DNA from: Nitratidesulfovibrio vulgaris str. Hildenborough
GTDB taxonomy: Bacteria > Desulfobacterota > Desulfovibrionia > Desulfovibrionales > Desulfovibrionaceae
Direction of reading: 5' to 3'
NCBI RefSeq assembly: GCF_000195755.1
Contig: NC_002937.3
Coordinates: 1,710,001-1,742,000 of the forward strand
Length of the DNA stretch: 32,000 nt
Under the pieces are notes generated by a model, which was not told the origin of the DNA, did no database searches, and was given only the letters and a program-made list of their open reading frames with translations. Position numbers and translations under genes: made by a program. Position 1 is the first letter of the stretch, and each line of letters begins with the position of its first letter. This document shows positions 1 through 9,211 of the stretch, piece after piece.

Positions 1-1
1 A

Positions 2-346
2 CTCGCCTCCGAGGCCGTGGCGCAGAGGGTGCGCGGTCTGGGCATCGAGGACTATTACGCAGGATATCTGCGCAAGACCGAGTCGCTTGATGCCATTCGC
101 ATGAAATACGGCCTTGAGTGGGAACAGGTCGCCTATGTCGGTGACGACTGGGTCGATTTCGGCCCCATGAAGCTGGTCGGATTCCCCGTAGCCGTCGCCA
201 ATGCCCAGCCCGAGGTCAAGGCGCTTGCGAAGTACGTGACCGCGGCCCGGGGTGGAGAAGGCGCGGTGCGTGAGGTCGTGCGCCTTATCCTTGCCAGCCG
301 GGGAGTGCTCGATGAGCTTGCCGCATCATGGATGGAACGGGCATGA
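2..346 (+). CDS. kdsC: KDO 8-phosphate phosphatase KdsC (HAD superfamily), 5' end cut by window edge
   Basis: The frame of ORF 17..346 is open to the window start. It carries the HAD C-terminal motif VAYVGDDWVDFGPMKLVGFPVAVANA. Its stop overlaps the next start (ATGA at 343-346). It lies upstream of lptC-lptA-lptB, as in E. coli. Confidence 0.8.
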   Translation, partial: LASEAVAQRVRGLGIEDYYAGYLRKTESLDAIRMKYGLEWEQVAYVGDDWVDFGPMKLVGFPVAVANAQPEVKALAKYVTAARGGEGAVREVVRLILASRGVLDELAASWMERA

Positions 347-987
347 GACGGCTGCTGGTCGTACTGGTCGCCCTTGCTGTTCTTGGCACTGCGGGCTATG
401 CCGCGTGGCGTCATTTCCTTGCGCCCCCGAAGGTCCCAACGAAGGAACAGGCCCGCGACGCCCTTGAAGAGGCTGTCGGACTCGCCCTTAAAGGCGTAGA
501 ACTCGTTCAGGGCGAGAAAGGCGTAGAGTTGTGGCGGCTCAAGGCCACATGGGCCGCGTTGCGGCAAGAGAAGGGCGTCATCGACGTTGATAGCCCCGAC
601 ATCATCTACAAGGTCGGCAAGACTGAAGAACCCTTGCGTGTCATCGCCCCCAAGGGCGAAGTGCGTGACAACCAGAGCTTCATCCGGTTGTGGGACAAGG
701 TGACCTGCACCTATCGCGACTATGTGCTCGACGGTACTCTGATGACGTACAACAGCACGTCGCGTCTCATGGTCTTTCCTGAAGGGGCCGTCATCGTAGG
801 GGCCACTTCGCGCGGAAACGCCACGCGTCTTTCATGGAATCTTGCCACGAATGTCATAGAGGGTGAGGACGGGGTTGTTGTGCACTGGTCCCGTGCCGAT
901 GCCGCTGCACCGAATGCCTCCGGTACCTCCGGGAACCCAGACCGGGCCACTCATGCCCCGGCAGAGACCGCCCCCGCTGCACGATAG
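343..987 (+). CDS. lptC: LptC-like LPS export protein (N-terminal membrane anchor)
   Basis: Taken from ORF 328..987, starting at MRRLLVVLVALAVLG (single N-terminal TM). Positioned between kdsC and lptA. The call rests on synteny plus topology; sequence similarity to LptC is weak by eye. Confidence 0.65.
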   Translation: MRRLLVVLVALAVLGTAGYAAWRHFLAPPKVPTKEQARDALEEAVGLALKGVELVQGEKGVELWRLKATWAALRQEKGVIDVDSPDIIYKVGKTEEPLRVIAPKGEVRDNQSFIRLWDKVTCTYRDYVLDGTLMTYNSTSRLMVFPEGAVIVGATSRGNATRLSWNLATNVIEGEDGVVVHWSRADAAAPNASGTSGNPDRATHAPAETAPAAR

Positions 988-996
988 GAGATTCAT

Positions 997-1587
997 ATGG
1001 CCAGTAGGCTTGTTCCCTTTCTTCTCTCCCTGACCATGGCTGCTGCCGTGGCGTTTCCTGTGCCGACCGCCTGCGCGCAGCCCAAGGCGACCGCGAATCC
1101 CGCCCAGAAATCTGTACCGACCACTGTCACCGCGCAGCGCATGCAGTATGATGCGAACAAGCAGAGTGTCGTGTTCGAGGGCGATGTATACGTCAAGCGT
1201 CCCGACTTCGAACTGTGGTCGGTGAAGCTGACGCTGCACCTTGGCAAGTCCAAGGAAGGCAAGAGCGGTGGAGACGTGCCGGGTGGCATGGATGCCGGTG
1301 AGATTGAACGTATCGTCGCCGAGAAGAATGTACGGATGGTGCGCGAAGGGCGTAACGGTACATGTCAGAAGGCCACCTATACCACCAATGACGGGCTCAT
1401 GATCATGGAAGGCTCGCCTGTCCTCTTCGACAAGGAGAACGTGGTGAAGGGCGAGGTCATCTATTTCTACACTCGCGAGAATCGAAGCGAAGTGCATGGT
1501 GGCACCTCGCGCCCTGTAGAGGCCGTGTTCACCTCTTCGTCTTCCGCGTCGCTGCCCGGAGCGGAAAAGGCAAAGGAGTCTGAATGA
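997..1587 (+). CDS. lptA: LptA/OstA-N family periplasmic LPS transport protein
   Basis: Signal peptide MASRLVPFLLSLTMAAAVAFPVPTACAQ. OstA-like repeats (TAQRMQYDANKQSVVFEGDVYV...; GTCQKATYTTNDGLMIMEG). ATGA overlap with lptB at 1584-1587. Confidence 0.8.
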   Translation: MASRLVPFLLSLTMAAAVAFPVPTACAQPKATANPAQKSVPTTVTAQRMQYDANKQSVVFEGDVYVKRPDFELWSVKLTLHLGKSKEGKSGGDVPGGMDAGEIERIVAEKNVRMVREGRNGTCQKATYTTNDGLMIMEGSPVLFDKENVVKGEVIYFYTRENRSEVHGGTSRPVEAVFTSSSSASLPGAEKAKESE

Positions 1588-2309
1588 TGGCCGTATTGCA
1601 AGGCGAAGATCTGCGTAAGCGGTTCGGGCAGCGCGAGGTCGTGCGGGGTGTCTCCGTCTCGGTACAGCAGGGCGAGATCGTCGGGTTGCTCGGGCCCAAC
1701 GGCGCGGGCAAGACCACGACGTTCTACATGCTCACAGGCATCATCAAACCCACGGCTGGCATCGTCCGACTGGACGGACAGGACATCGCCGACTGGCCTT
1801 TGCATGAGCGCGCTCGCGTGGGGTTGAGCTATCTGCCTCAGGAGAGCTCCGTATTCAAGAGGCTCACCGTTCGTGAAAACCTTGAGATCATCCTCGAGCA
1901 TACCGGGCTTCCGGCTGCCAGACAGAAGGAGCGTGCCGAGGCGCTGATGGCGGACTTCGGTATCGCGCATCTTGCCAGTTCGCGTGCCATGCACCTTTCG
2001 GGCGGTGAGCGGCGCAGACTCGAGATCGCGCGGTGCATGATCCGCGAACCCAAGTTCGTGCTGCTCGATGAACCATTCGCAGGCATCGACCCGCTTGCCG
2101 TGGGTGATATTCAGGGGCTTATCCGCAAGCTGCGTGATCGCGGGATAGGGGTGCTCATCTCCGACCATAACGTGCGGGAGACGCTCACCATCTGTGACCG
2201 GGCGTACCTGGTCCATCAGGGGCAGGTCATTCTGGACGGCACACCCGAGCATATCGTAGGTGACGAACAGGCCCGTCTTGTCTATCTTGGGGCGGACTTC
2301 TGCCTCTAG
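1584..2309 (+). CDS. lptB: LPS export ABC transporter ATP-binding protein LptB
   Basis: Walker A GPNGAGKTT, signature LSGGERRRLEIAR, Walker B FVLLDEPFAGIDP. Lies immediately upstream of rpoN. Confidence 0.93.
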   Translation: MMAVLQGEDLRKRFGQREVVRGVSVSVQQGEIVGLLGPNGAGKTTTFYMLTGIIKPTAGIVRLDGQDIADWPLHERARVGLSYLPQESSVFKRLTVRENLEIILEHTGLPAARQKERAEALMADFGIAHLASSRAMHLSGGERRRLEIARCMIREPKFVLLDEPFAGIDPLAVGDIQGLIRKLRDRGIGVLISDHNVRETLTICDRAYLVHQGQVILDGTPEHIVGDEQARLVYLGADFCL

Positions 2310-2452
2310 TCGGCATCAAGCTTGCATCCTGCCTCGCGCTGTGTCATGATACTACGTAACGCACTGTTGCACGGTACTTTTCTTCTTTTGCTAACAGAAG
2401 GTGGATATCGCGCATCTGGTGCTTAACATGACGGCGAGAGGTTCCTTGTTCA

Positions 2453-3883
2453 ATGGCACTCGAACTTAGACAGCAACTCAAGCTGAGTCAGCAGCTTGTC
2501 ATGACGCCACAACTGCAGCAGGCCATACGCCTTTTGCAATTGTCACGTCTTGAGCTTGTCGAGACCGTTCAGCAAGAGCTTCTTGAGAATCCGTTCCTTG
2601 AAGAAGGAATGGATGAAGGCGCTGCATCTTCTGCCTCAGAAGCCTCCTCGCGTAAAGACGAATCTGCGCCGGAGGCGTATGACAGGGAATTGTCGCGTAA
2701 TGCCGACTGGGAAGACTATCTTGGCGAATTCGCCAGCTCTTCGCGGCAGGCGCAGGTACGCGAAACTGAACTCCCCGAGGAGATGACCGCGTTCGAGGCG
2801 CGCTATTCTGCCCGCCCATCGCTTGAAGGGCATCTCATGTGGCAGTTGCGTCTTTCGCGTCTTACAGAAGACCAGAAGGGCATCGGTGAAACCATCATCG
2901 GCAATATCGGCTCTTCGGGATATCTTCAGGCCTCTGTCGAAGACATTGCAGAGATGTGTGGTGCCGATGCTTCCGAAGTCATTCCGGTATTGCACGCCGT
3001 CCAGCGTTTCGACCCGGTAGGTGTTGCCTCGCGGACTCCGCAGGAATGTCTGCTGATTCAGATCGAAATGCTTGGCTACGACCGCGACCGTGTTCTCGTC
3101 GAACTCGTTCGCGACCACCTCGAAGACCTTGAAACCCGCCGTTACAAGCCGCTGCTGCGCAAGTTCAAACTCGACATGGATGATCTCAAGGAATACCTTG
3201 ATATCATACAGTCTCTCGACCCCATGCCAGGTTCGAGCTTCGGGGGCAGCGACCCCATGTTCGTAAGCCCCGACGTGTTCGTGTACAAATACGACGATGA
3301 ATTCGTCATCGTGCTTAACGACGACGGGCTGCCCCATCTGCAACTCAGTTCGCTGTACGACCAGAGTCTTGCCGGTGTGACGGGCAAGGACAAGGACTTC
3401 GTGCAAGAGAAGGTGCGTTCCGCGTCGTGGCTCATCAAGAGCCTCTATCAACGGCAACGCACCCTGTACAAGGTCGTTGAAAGTATTATCAAGTACCAGA
3501 GGGGGTTCTTCGAGGATGGCGTGACCCGTTTACGGCCACTCATCCTCAAGGACATCGCCGACGACATCAGTATGCACGAGTCGACCGTGAGTCGCATCAC
3601 GACGAACAAGTTCGTCGCCACGCCTCACGGTGTGTTCGAGCTCAAGTTCTTCTTCAACAGTGCGCTCGAACTTGATGATGGCAGCCAGGTCGGTTCAGAG
3701 AGTGTCAAGGCTCTGATCAAGAAACTCATCGGCGAGGAGAATCCCAAGGAACCTCTGAGCGATGAGCGAATCGGCGAGATACTGAAGGAACAGCTTCAGG
3801 TTAATATTGCCCGGCGTACGGTTGCGAAGTATCGTACAGCCATGAATATCCCCTCTTCGTCCAAGCGTAAGGAAGTTTTCTGA
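2453..3883 (+). CDS. rpoN: RNA polymerase sigma-54 factor RpoN
   Basis: N-terminal region I LKLSQQLVMTPQLQQAIRLLQLSRLEL. C-terminal HTH and RpoN box (ISMHESTVSRITTNKF...; ARRTVAKYR). Confidence 0.97.
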   Translation: MALELRQQLKLSQQLVMTPQLQQAIRLLQLSRLELVETVQQELLENPFLEEGMDEGAASSASEASSRKDESAPEAYDRELSRNADWEDYLGEFASSSRQAQVRETELPEEMTAFEARYSARPSLEGHLMWQLRLSRLTEDQKGIGETIIGNIGSSGYLQASVEDIAEMCGADASEVIPVLHAVQRFDPVGVASRTPQECLLIQIEMLGYDRDRVLVELVRDHLEDLETRRYKPLLRKFKLDMDDLKEYLDIIQSLDPMPGSSFGGSDPMFVSPDVFVYKYDDEFVIVLNDDGLPHLQLSSLYDQSLAGVTGKDKDFVQEKVRSASWLIKSLYQRQRTLYKVVESIIKYQRGFFEDGVTRLRPLILKDIADDISMHESTVSRITTNKFVATPHGVFELKFFFNSALELDDGSQVGSESVKALIKKLIGEENPKEPLSDERIGEILKEQLQVNIARRTVAKYRTAMNIPSSSKRKEVF

Positions 3884-3941
3884 CGTAGCACGAAGAGGCC
3901 CGGCCGCAAGGCACGTGTTCCATCGAACCCAGGAGGAGCTT

Positions 3942-4481
3942 ATGAACATCGCATTCACGTTCAAGAACTTCGAGCCCTCGGAACACCTCAAGAAGTACGC
4001 CCGTCGTCGCTTCGAAAAGCTCGCCCGGTTCGTCGGCAAGTCTGCCAACCTCGAGTTGCAGGTGGCCCTTTCTCTGGACAAGTTCCGTCAGAAGGCCGAA
4101 GTCCAGCTTGTGGGCGACAGCATCAACATCGCCGCCGTCGAGCAGTCCGAAGACATGTACGCGACCATCGACCTCGTACTCGACAAGCTCGAAGCACAAC
4201 TCAAGAAGCATGTCTCCCGCGTCAAGGAAAGACGGCGCTCTGCCCGGACGAATGCCAATATCGACGTGTTCACCTATCATACTGAAGGTGAGGGTGAAGA
4301 CAGGGCCATCGTGGGTACCGACCAGTTCGTGCCCAAGCCTCTGCACGTTGACGAGGCTGCCATGCAGCTTGATGCGCTCGATTACGAGTTCCTCGTCTTC
4401 CTGAATGCCGAATCGGAACGGATCAACGTGATCTACCGCCGCAGGAACGGCGACTTCGGGCTCATCGACCCCGTCGTCTAG
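3942..4481 (+). CDS. hpf: Ribosome hibernation promoting factor, long form (HPF/YfiA family)
   Basis: ATG at 3942 is preceded by AGGAGG. The sequence MNIAFTFKNFEPSEHLKKYA is typical of sigma-54 modulation protein/S30EA. The C-terminal dimerisation extension (FLVFLNAESERINVIYRRRNGDFGLI) marks the long form. Confidence 0.92.
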   Translation: MNIAFTFKNFEPSEHLKKYARRRFEKLARFVGKSANLELQVALSLDKFRQKAEVQLVGDSINIAAVEQSEDMYATIDLVLDKLEAQLKKHVSRVKERRRSARTNANIDVFTYHTEGEGEDRAIVGTDQFVPKPLHVDEAAMQLDALDYEFLVFLNAESERINVIYRRRNGDFGLIDPVV

Positions 4482-4490
4482 AGTGTCGTG

Positions 4491-4940
4491 ATGCGGCTTG
4501 ACGAGTATCTTAGCAAAGACCTCATAATTCACGAGATCTCCGCCAGCACCAAGGAAGAGGTGCTGGCGGAACTTGTGAATGCCGTTTGCCGGGCTCACCC
4601 TGAGGTAGACGGGCGTGCAGCGCTGAAAGTGCTGCACGAGCGCGAGCAACTCGGTACGACTGGCATCGGCGACGGCATCGCCATCCCCCACGGCAAACTG
4701 TCCGACCTCGGGCGCATCGTTCTGAGTGTCGGTCGTAGCAGTGCCGGATTCGGCTTCGACTCGCTTGACGGCAAGCCCGTGCACATCGTGTTTCTGGTGC
4801 TTGCCCCGGAACATGTGGCGGGCATGCATCTGCGCGTTCTGGCGCACATATCGCGGTTGCTGAAAGACGTCGCATTCAGAAGGGCATTGATAGAAGCCCC
4901 TGATGCGAATGCAATGTGGGAACTTCTTTCAAAGGCTTGA
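4491..4940 (+). CDS. ptsN: Nitrogen-regulatory PTS EIIA-Ntr (PtsN)
   Basis: EIIA-2 fold with phosphorylatable His motif [12 protein letters not shown]. Located between hpf and rapZ, as in E. coli. Confidence 0.9.
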
Positions 4941-4948
4941 GGCAGCCC

Positions 4949-5860
4949 ATGTCGAGCCCCGCGCGTTCTGCCGATGACGGCTTCGAAGCCGGATTCCCCG
5001 TCCTCATCGTCTCCGGACTCTCCGGGGCTGGCAAGAGCACTGTTCTCAACGTCTTCGAAGACCTGCGGTATTTCACTGTCGACGGTCTGCCCGTGCGTCT
5101 TGCGCCCGACATGGTTCGAGTCCTCGATGCACAGGCTCTTGAGCAGTATCAGGGCATAGTGCTTGGCATGGACCTCCGCGAGGCTGAGTTCGTACAGCAG
5201 TTCGAACAGGCCTTGGCCCGCCTTCAGGAAATGGGCGTCAGGCCTGTGTTGCTTTTCATCGAAGCGGAGCAGGGCGAGCTTATGCGGCGTTATGCGACAA
5301 CGCGACGTCCGCACCCGCTTGAAAGCGAAGGTATGGGGCTGGAGTTGGCCCTTGCCGAAGAAAGGCGACGCCTTGCCCCAGTGCGTGAGGCGGCCGACCT
5401 TGTTTTCGACACCACGTCCTTTTCCATCCATGACCTGCGGCGCGTCATCCAGCGACGCTGGAGCAGCCTGAAGGGGCGCATGCGTTCGCTACGGGTGAAC
5501 ATCATCTCCTTCGGCTACAAATACGGCGTCCCGAAAGAGGCCGACCTGGTCTTCGACTTGCGCTTTCTGCCCAACCCCTATTTCGACACCTCCCTGCGCC
5601 CCCAGTCCGGTCTGGATGCTCCTGTCGTCGAGTATGTGTTCGGCACGGATTCAGCCCGGACGTTTCGAGACAGATTCATCGATTTCATGACCTATCTGCT
5701 CCCCCTGTATGAAGCCGAAGGAAGGTACCGCATCGCCGTTGCCATCGGCTGTACGGGGGGGCGGCATCGCTCCGTCGCCACCGCAGAGGCATTGCTCGAT
5801 GTCCTGCGTAAATCCGATTATGCGGTGACGATCGAACATCGTCACCTAGAACTGGGTTGA
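4949..5860 (+). CDS. rapZ: RNase adapter / nucleotide-binding protein RapZ (YhbJ)
   Basis: Walker [10 protein letters not shown]. Conserved C-terminal motifs [11 protein letters not shown] and [11 protein letters not shown]. Confidence 0.93.
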
Positions 5861-5888
5861 GCAGAAGTGCAGCCCATGGTGAACCGAT

Positions 5889-6326
5889 ATGACCGAGAAG
5901 GATAACGTTGAAGCGAGGGTAGGGGTCATTATCGTTACCCACGCTGACTATGGCAGTGCCCTTCTGCGTGCCGCAGAGTTCATTCTGGGGGCACAGAGCG
6001 ACTGCACGTCCATCAGTATCGACGTTTCGCAGGAGGTGGGCGAGACGGTGACCCGCCTCAAGGAGGCTGTGGGCAGGCTTGACAAGGGAAACGGGGCGAT
6101 CATTCTCACCGACATGTTCGGCGGCACGCCCACGAACCTCAGCCTGTCGCTGTTGGCGACGTCCAATGTCGAGGTCGTCACCGGGGTGAACCTGCCCATG
6201 CTGCTGAAAGTCTTCGGCAGCCGCACCATGCCCCTGGCCCAGCTTGCTGCTGAAGCGGGAGAGGCGGGCGGAAAGGGTATCATCGTTGCCGGGCAGATGC
6301 TCCGCAGCAAGACCCGGAATGGCTGA
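5889..6326 (+). CDS. PTS mannose/fructose/sorbose-family EIIA component
   Basis: Motifs VGVIIVTHADYG (active-site His region) and ILTDMFGGTPTN are typical of EIIA-Man. Confidence 0.85.
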   Translation: MTEKDNVEARVGVIIVTHADYGSALLRAAEFILGAQSDCTSISIDVSQEVGETVTRLKEAVGRLDKGNGAIILTDMFGGTPTNLSLSLLATSNVEVVTGVNLPMLLKVFGSRTMPLAQLAAEAGEAGGKGIIVAGQMLRSKTRNG

Positions 6327-6789
6327 CATGTTCTGGTATCGCATCGACAATCGCCTCGTACATGGGCAAATCATCGAGGCGTGGCTGCCCTATACCGGGG
6401 CCACTCGTCTGCTTGTGGTCAACGATGCGCTCGCATCCGACGACTTGCAGCAGCAGATTATCTCTCTGGCTATTCCGGGCAGGGTTGAAGTGCGTTTCTT
6501 GCGTGTCGACGAACTCAAAGCCGTGGTGACTGCCGGTGGCGCGGGCAGGGTCGAGACCCTCGTGCTTGTCGCCAACTGCGGGGATGCCAGGCGCTTGCAT
6601 GATGCTGGCGTGCAGATAGGCGTACTCAATGTCGGTAATCTACACTATTCTCCTGGCAAGAAACAACTTTGTGCCCATGTGGCCGTCTCGGACGAGGACG
6701 AAGGCTGTATGCGCTACCTGCAGCGCGGCGGCATAGAACTCGACTTTCGCTGTGTCCCCAACGACCCTGTAGAGATCAAGGGGTGGTGA
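6319..6789 (+). CDS. PTS mannose/sorbose-family EIIB component
   Basis: N-terminal YRIDNRLVHGQIIEAW matches the EIIB-Man phospho-His motif (RIDDRLIHGQ). The start is 6319 or 6328. It overlaps the EIIA stop at 6324-6326. Confidence 0.8.
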   Translation: MADMFWYRIDNRLVHGQIIEAWLPYTGATRLLVVNDALASDDLQQQIISLAIPGRVEVRFLRVDELKAVVTAGGAGRVETLVLVANCGDARRLHDAGVQIGVLNVGNLHYSPGKKQLCAHVAVSDEDEGCMRYLQRGGIELDFRCVPNDPVEIKGW

Positions 6790-6805
6790 CGATGCTTGAT
6801 GTCTC

Positions 6806-7486
6806 GTGGGTGCTGTGGGCCTTTCCCGCCGCTTTTTTTTTGCCCTGTTCGCTTTGCTCCGCTATGAGGTCAACCTCGGCTTTCTAGAGCGTCCGCTCTC
6901 GGTCGGATTCATATGGGGGGCTATCACAGGTGAGTGGCAGATGGCCCTATCACTCGCCGTATTCCATGAACTGCTCTGGCTCGACCTTTTCCCCGCCGGT
7001 ACCTACATCCCGCCCAACGGTGTTCTCTCCCTGCTGCTATGCCTTGTGGTGGCAGGGCGTTTCAATCTCCCATCACCCGACCTTCTGGCTGTTCCGCTGC
7101 TGCTTGTTCTGCCTGCCGCTCTTTGCGGTGCCCAACTCGAATACCTGCTGCGCAAGCGCGAGAACAGGCAGTACAACGCCATACTGCACTGGGGCCGTCA
7201 GCCGGGGGACGATCGCGTATTGCCTGCAAAGATCGTGAGGTCGTCGCTTCTGTGGCACGGGTTTGCCCAGTTCCTTCTGTTCGTCGCGTGGTCGCTTGTG
7301 CTTGATGTCACGATTCGCATCTTTGCATCGGCATTCGGGTATATTCCGCGTGTCAGCGGGGTAATGTGGGGGCATCTGTGGTTCGTTGCGGGACTTGGTG
7401 GCATACTGTCCCTTCGCATCCGCAGGGCGTATGTCGTTTTCGGTTTTTCGTTGGCAGCCGGGGTCGCCGCGCTTGTCGTCATCTGA
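6806..7486 (+). CDS. PTS EIIC-Man-like integral membrane protein (start uncertain; see T9 finding)
   Basis: Polytopic membrane ORF. ERPLSVGFIWGAITGEWQMALSLAVFHELLWLDLFPAGTYIPPNG parallels E. coli ManY HRPLIACTLVGIVLGD...GGTLEMIALGW...AVAPD. It follows EIIA and EIIB. No EIID gene follows. Confidence 0.6.
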   Translation: MGAVGLSRRFFFALFALLRYEVNLGFLERPLSVGFIWGAITGEWQMALSLAVFHELLWLDLFPAGTYIPPNGVLSLLLCLVVAGRFNLPSPDLLAVPLLLVLPAALCGAQLEYLLRKRENRQYNAILHWGRQPGDDRVLPAKIVRSSLLWHGFAQFLLFVAWSLVLDVTIRIFASAFGYIPRVSGVMWGHLWFVAGLGGILSLRIRRAYVVFGFSLAAGVAALVVI

Positions 7487-7620
7487 TTTCAAGGAAAAAA
7501 TTTTGCTTCAGCTGCTGCTCAGGGCTTGGCATGCGATGGTGATTGTGCTATTTGGCACAAACTTTCTTTCGGCATAAGGCGAGTCTCTCGCAGATTACAA
7601 ATCCAATGGAGGACATAACA

Positions 7621-8541
7621 ATGGCAGTTCTCGTTCTTGGTCACATGAATCCCGATACCGACTCGATCATCGCCGCCATCGGCGTTGCCGACCTGATGAC
7701 CAAGCGCGGCGTCGCCGCCAAGGCCGTCGCTCAGGGTGCCCCCACCCCCGAGTCCACGTTCGTTCTCGAAAAGTTCGGTCTCACCGCTCCTGAAGTGGTG
7801 TCCTCCGTCGCCGGTCAGAAGGTGATCCTTGTCGACACCACCGAACGCGCCCAGCTTCCTGCCGACCTCGGCGACGCTGAAATCCTCGGCGTTGTCGACC
7901 ACCACAAGCTTGGTGACGTGACCACCCCCAACCCGCTTGAAATGTGGGTATGGCCCGTGGGCTGCACTGGCACCGTGATCAAGGCCATGTACGACTTCTA
8001 CGGCATCGAAGTGCCCAAGGGTATCGCCGGAGGCCTCCTCTGTGCCATCCTTTCCGATACCGTCATGTTCAAGTCGGTCACCTGCACCCCGCAGGACAAG
8101 AAGGCCGTCGAAGAGCTCGCCAAGATCGCCGGTGTTGCCGACGTGATGGCCCTCGGTATGGACATGTTCAAGGTGAAGTCCGCTGTTGAAGGCGCTTCCA
8201 TGAAGGACCTCGTCTTCCGTGACTACAAGGACTTCGACATGAACGGCAACAAGGTCGGCATCGGCCAGCTTGAAGTCGTCGACCTGTCCATCCTTGAGCC
8301 CGTGAAGGCTGGCCTGTACGAAGAAATCACCCGCGTGAAGGGCGAAGGCCGTCACAGCGTGTTCCTGCTGCTTACCGACATCATGAAGGAAGGCTCGGAA
8401 ATGCTGATCGTTTCCGACGATCCTTCGAAGGTCGAAGCCGCGTTCGGCGTGAAGCCCGAAGGCACCTCCGTGTGGCTGGACGGCGTGATGAGCCGCAAGA
8501 AGCAGGTCGTTCCCAACTTCGAAAAGGCCTTCAAGGGCTAA
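7621..8541 (+). CDS. ppaC: Manganese-dependent inorganic pyrophosphatase, family II (DHH/DHHA2)
   Basis: MAVLVLGHMNPDTDS (DHH motif I), VVDHHKLG (DHH), LLCAILSDT. GGAGG lies 8 nt upstream of the ATG at 7621. Confidence 0.94.
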   Translation: MAVLVLGHMNPDTDSIIAAIGVADLMTKRGVAAKAVAQGAPTPESTFVLEKFGLTAPEVVSSVAGQKVILVDTTERAQLPADLGDAEILGVVDHHKLGDVTTPNPLEMWVWPVGCTGTVIKAMYDFYGIEVPKGIAGGLLCAILSDTVMFKSVTCTPQDKKAVEELAKIAGVADVMALGMDMFKVKSAVEGASMKDLVFRDYKDFDMNGNKVGIGQLEVVDLSILEPVKAGLYEEITRVKGEGRHSVFLLLTDIMKEGSEMLIVSDDPSKVEAAFGVKPEGTSVWLDGVMSRKKQVVPNFEKAFKG

Positions 8542-8565
8542 TTCGGAACTCTTCCTCTGTGCGTT

Positions 8566-8598
8566 GGGGGCTGGCGGGTGACCGCCAGCCCTTTTGTG
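8566..8598 (+). terminator. Rho-independent terminator of ppaC
   Basis: GGGCTGGCGG (8568-8577), 4-nt loop, CCGCCAGCCC (8582-8591), then TTTTGTG. Confidence 0.85.
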
Positions 8599-9211
8599 CT
8601 ATCTGGCTGAAATACGATGAGCGTGGGATTTATCTTCTTCAGTTTGACTGGCAAGGTGATGTCAACAAATAGCCCTTGCCAAGAGGGGGAGTATGATGAC
8701 GGAAAGCAGGCATGCTTTTCGTCGATACTGTCTGCGGTTGGATTCTATTGAGCCGTTCGAGTTCCATGGCCCGTCGGTTTGCGCGGCCGCTTGGGCACGC
8801 GGGGCAGCTGGCGATGTCGACTCTCGAGCTGATGCGTCACGCCGGGGAGGCTTGCTGGGATGCGGGCAGAGTGGCGGTCGGCGCCGGTTTGGCATGACCG
8901 GGGCGAGCGGCATTTTGTTTCTTTGAACCGCCGGATGGTCGTCTCTTCCTTTCGCATGGCTTCCGGCACCATGTACTCATGGTCATGATGGCAAAAGCCG
9001 TCACGGGTGTGGCTGTACATAATGAGCGGGTGGCTACCCTCCGCGGACTGGCTGTACTTGCCAGCTTGGGCTGTTGCGCGTCGACTGTACGGGTAGAGAA
9101 GGGCGGAGAGGTAAGCTGGCCTCCTGTGACGCCTGATGGACGTATGGCGAGTGCGGGATGCTCTGGTTGTTACCAGATTCATCAGGACAGAGCGCAGGTT
9201 TTGAAATGCGG

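Noticed and set aside
7553-7568. Sigma-54-like TGGCAC upstream of ppaC
   Set aside because: Ten nt after the GG dinucleotide the sequence is CT, not the conserved -12 GC (TGGCACaaactTTCTt). A sigma-70-like TTGGCA-17-TATTTG (7526-7554) is a more plausible but still weak promoter.
8745-9182. 145-aa minus-strand ORF in the unassigned region
   Set aside because: Most of it is Arg/Pro/Thr/Ser-rich with no start context, and it overlaps several other ORFs of equal quality. Only a stretch of about 40 aa looks protein-like, so it is reported as an open question rather than a CDS.
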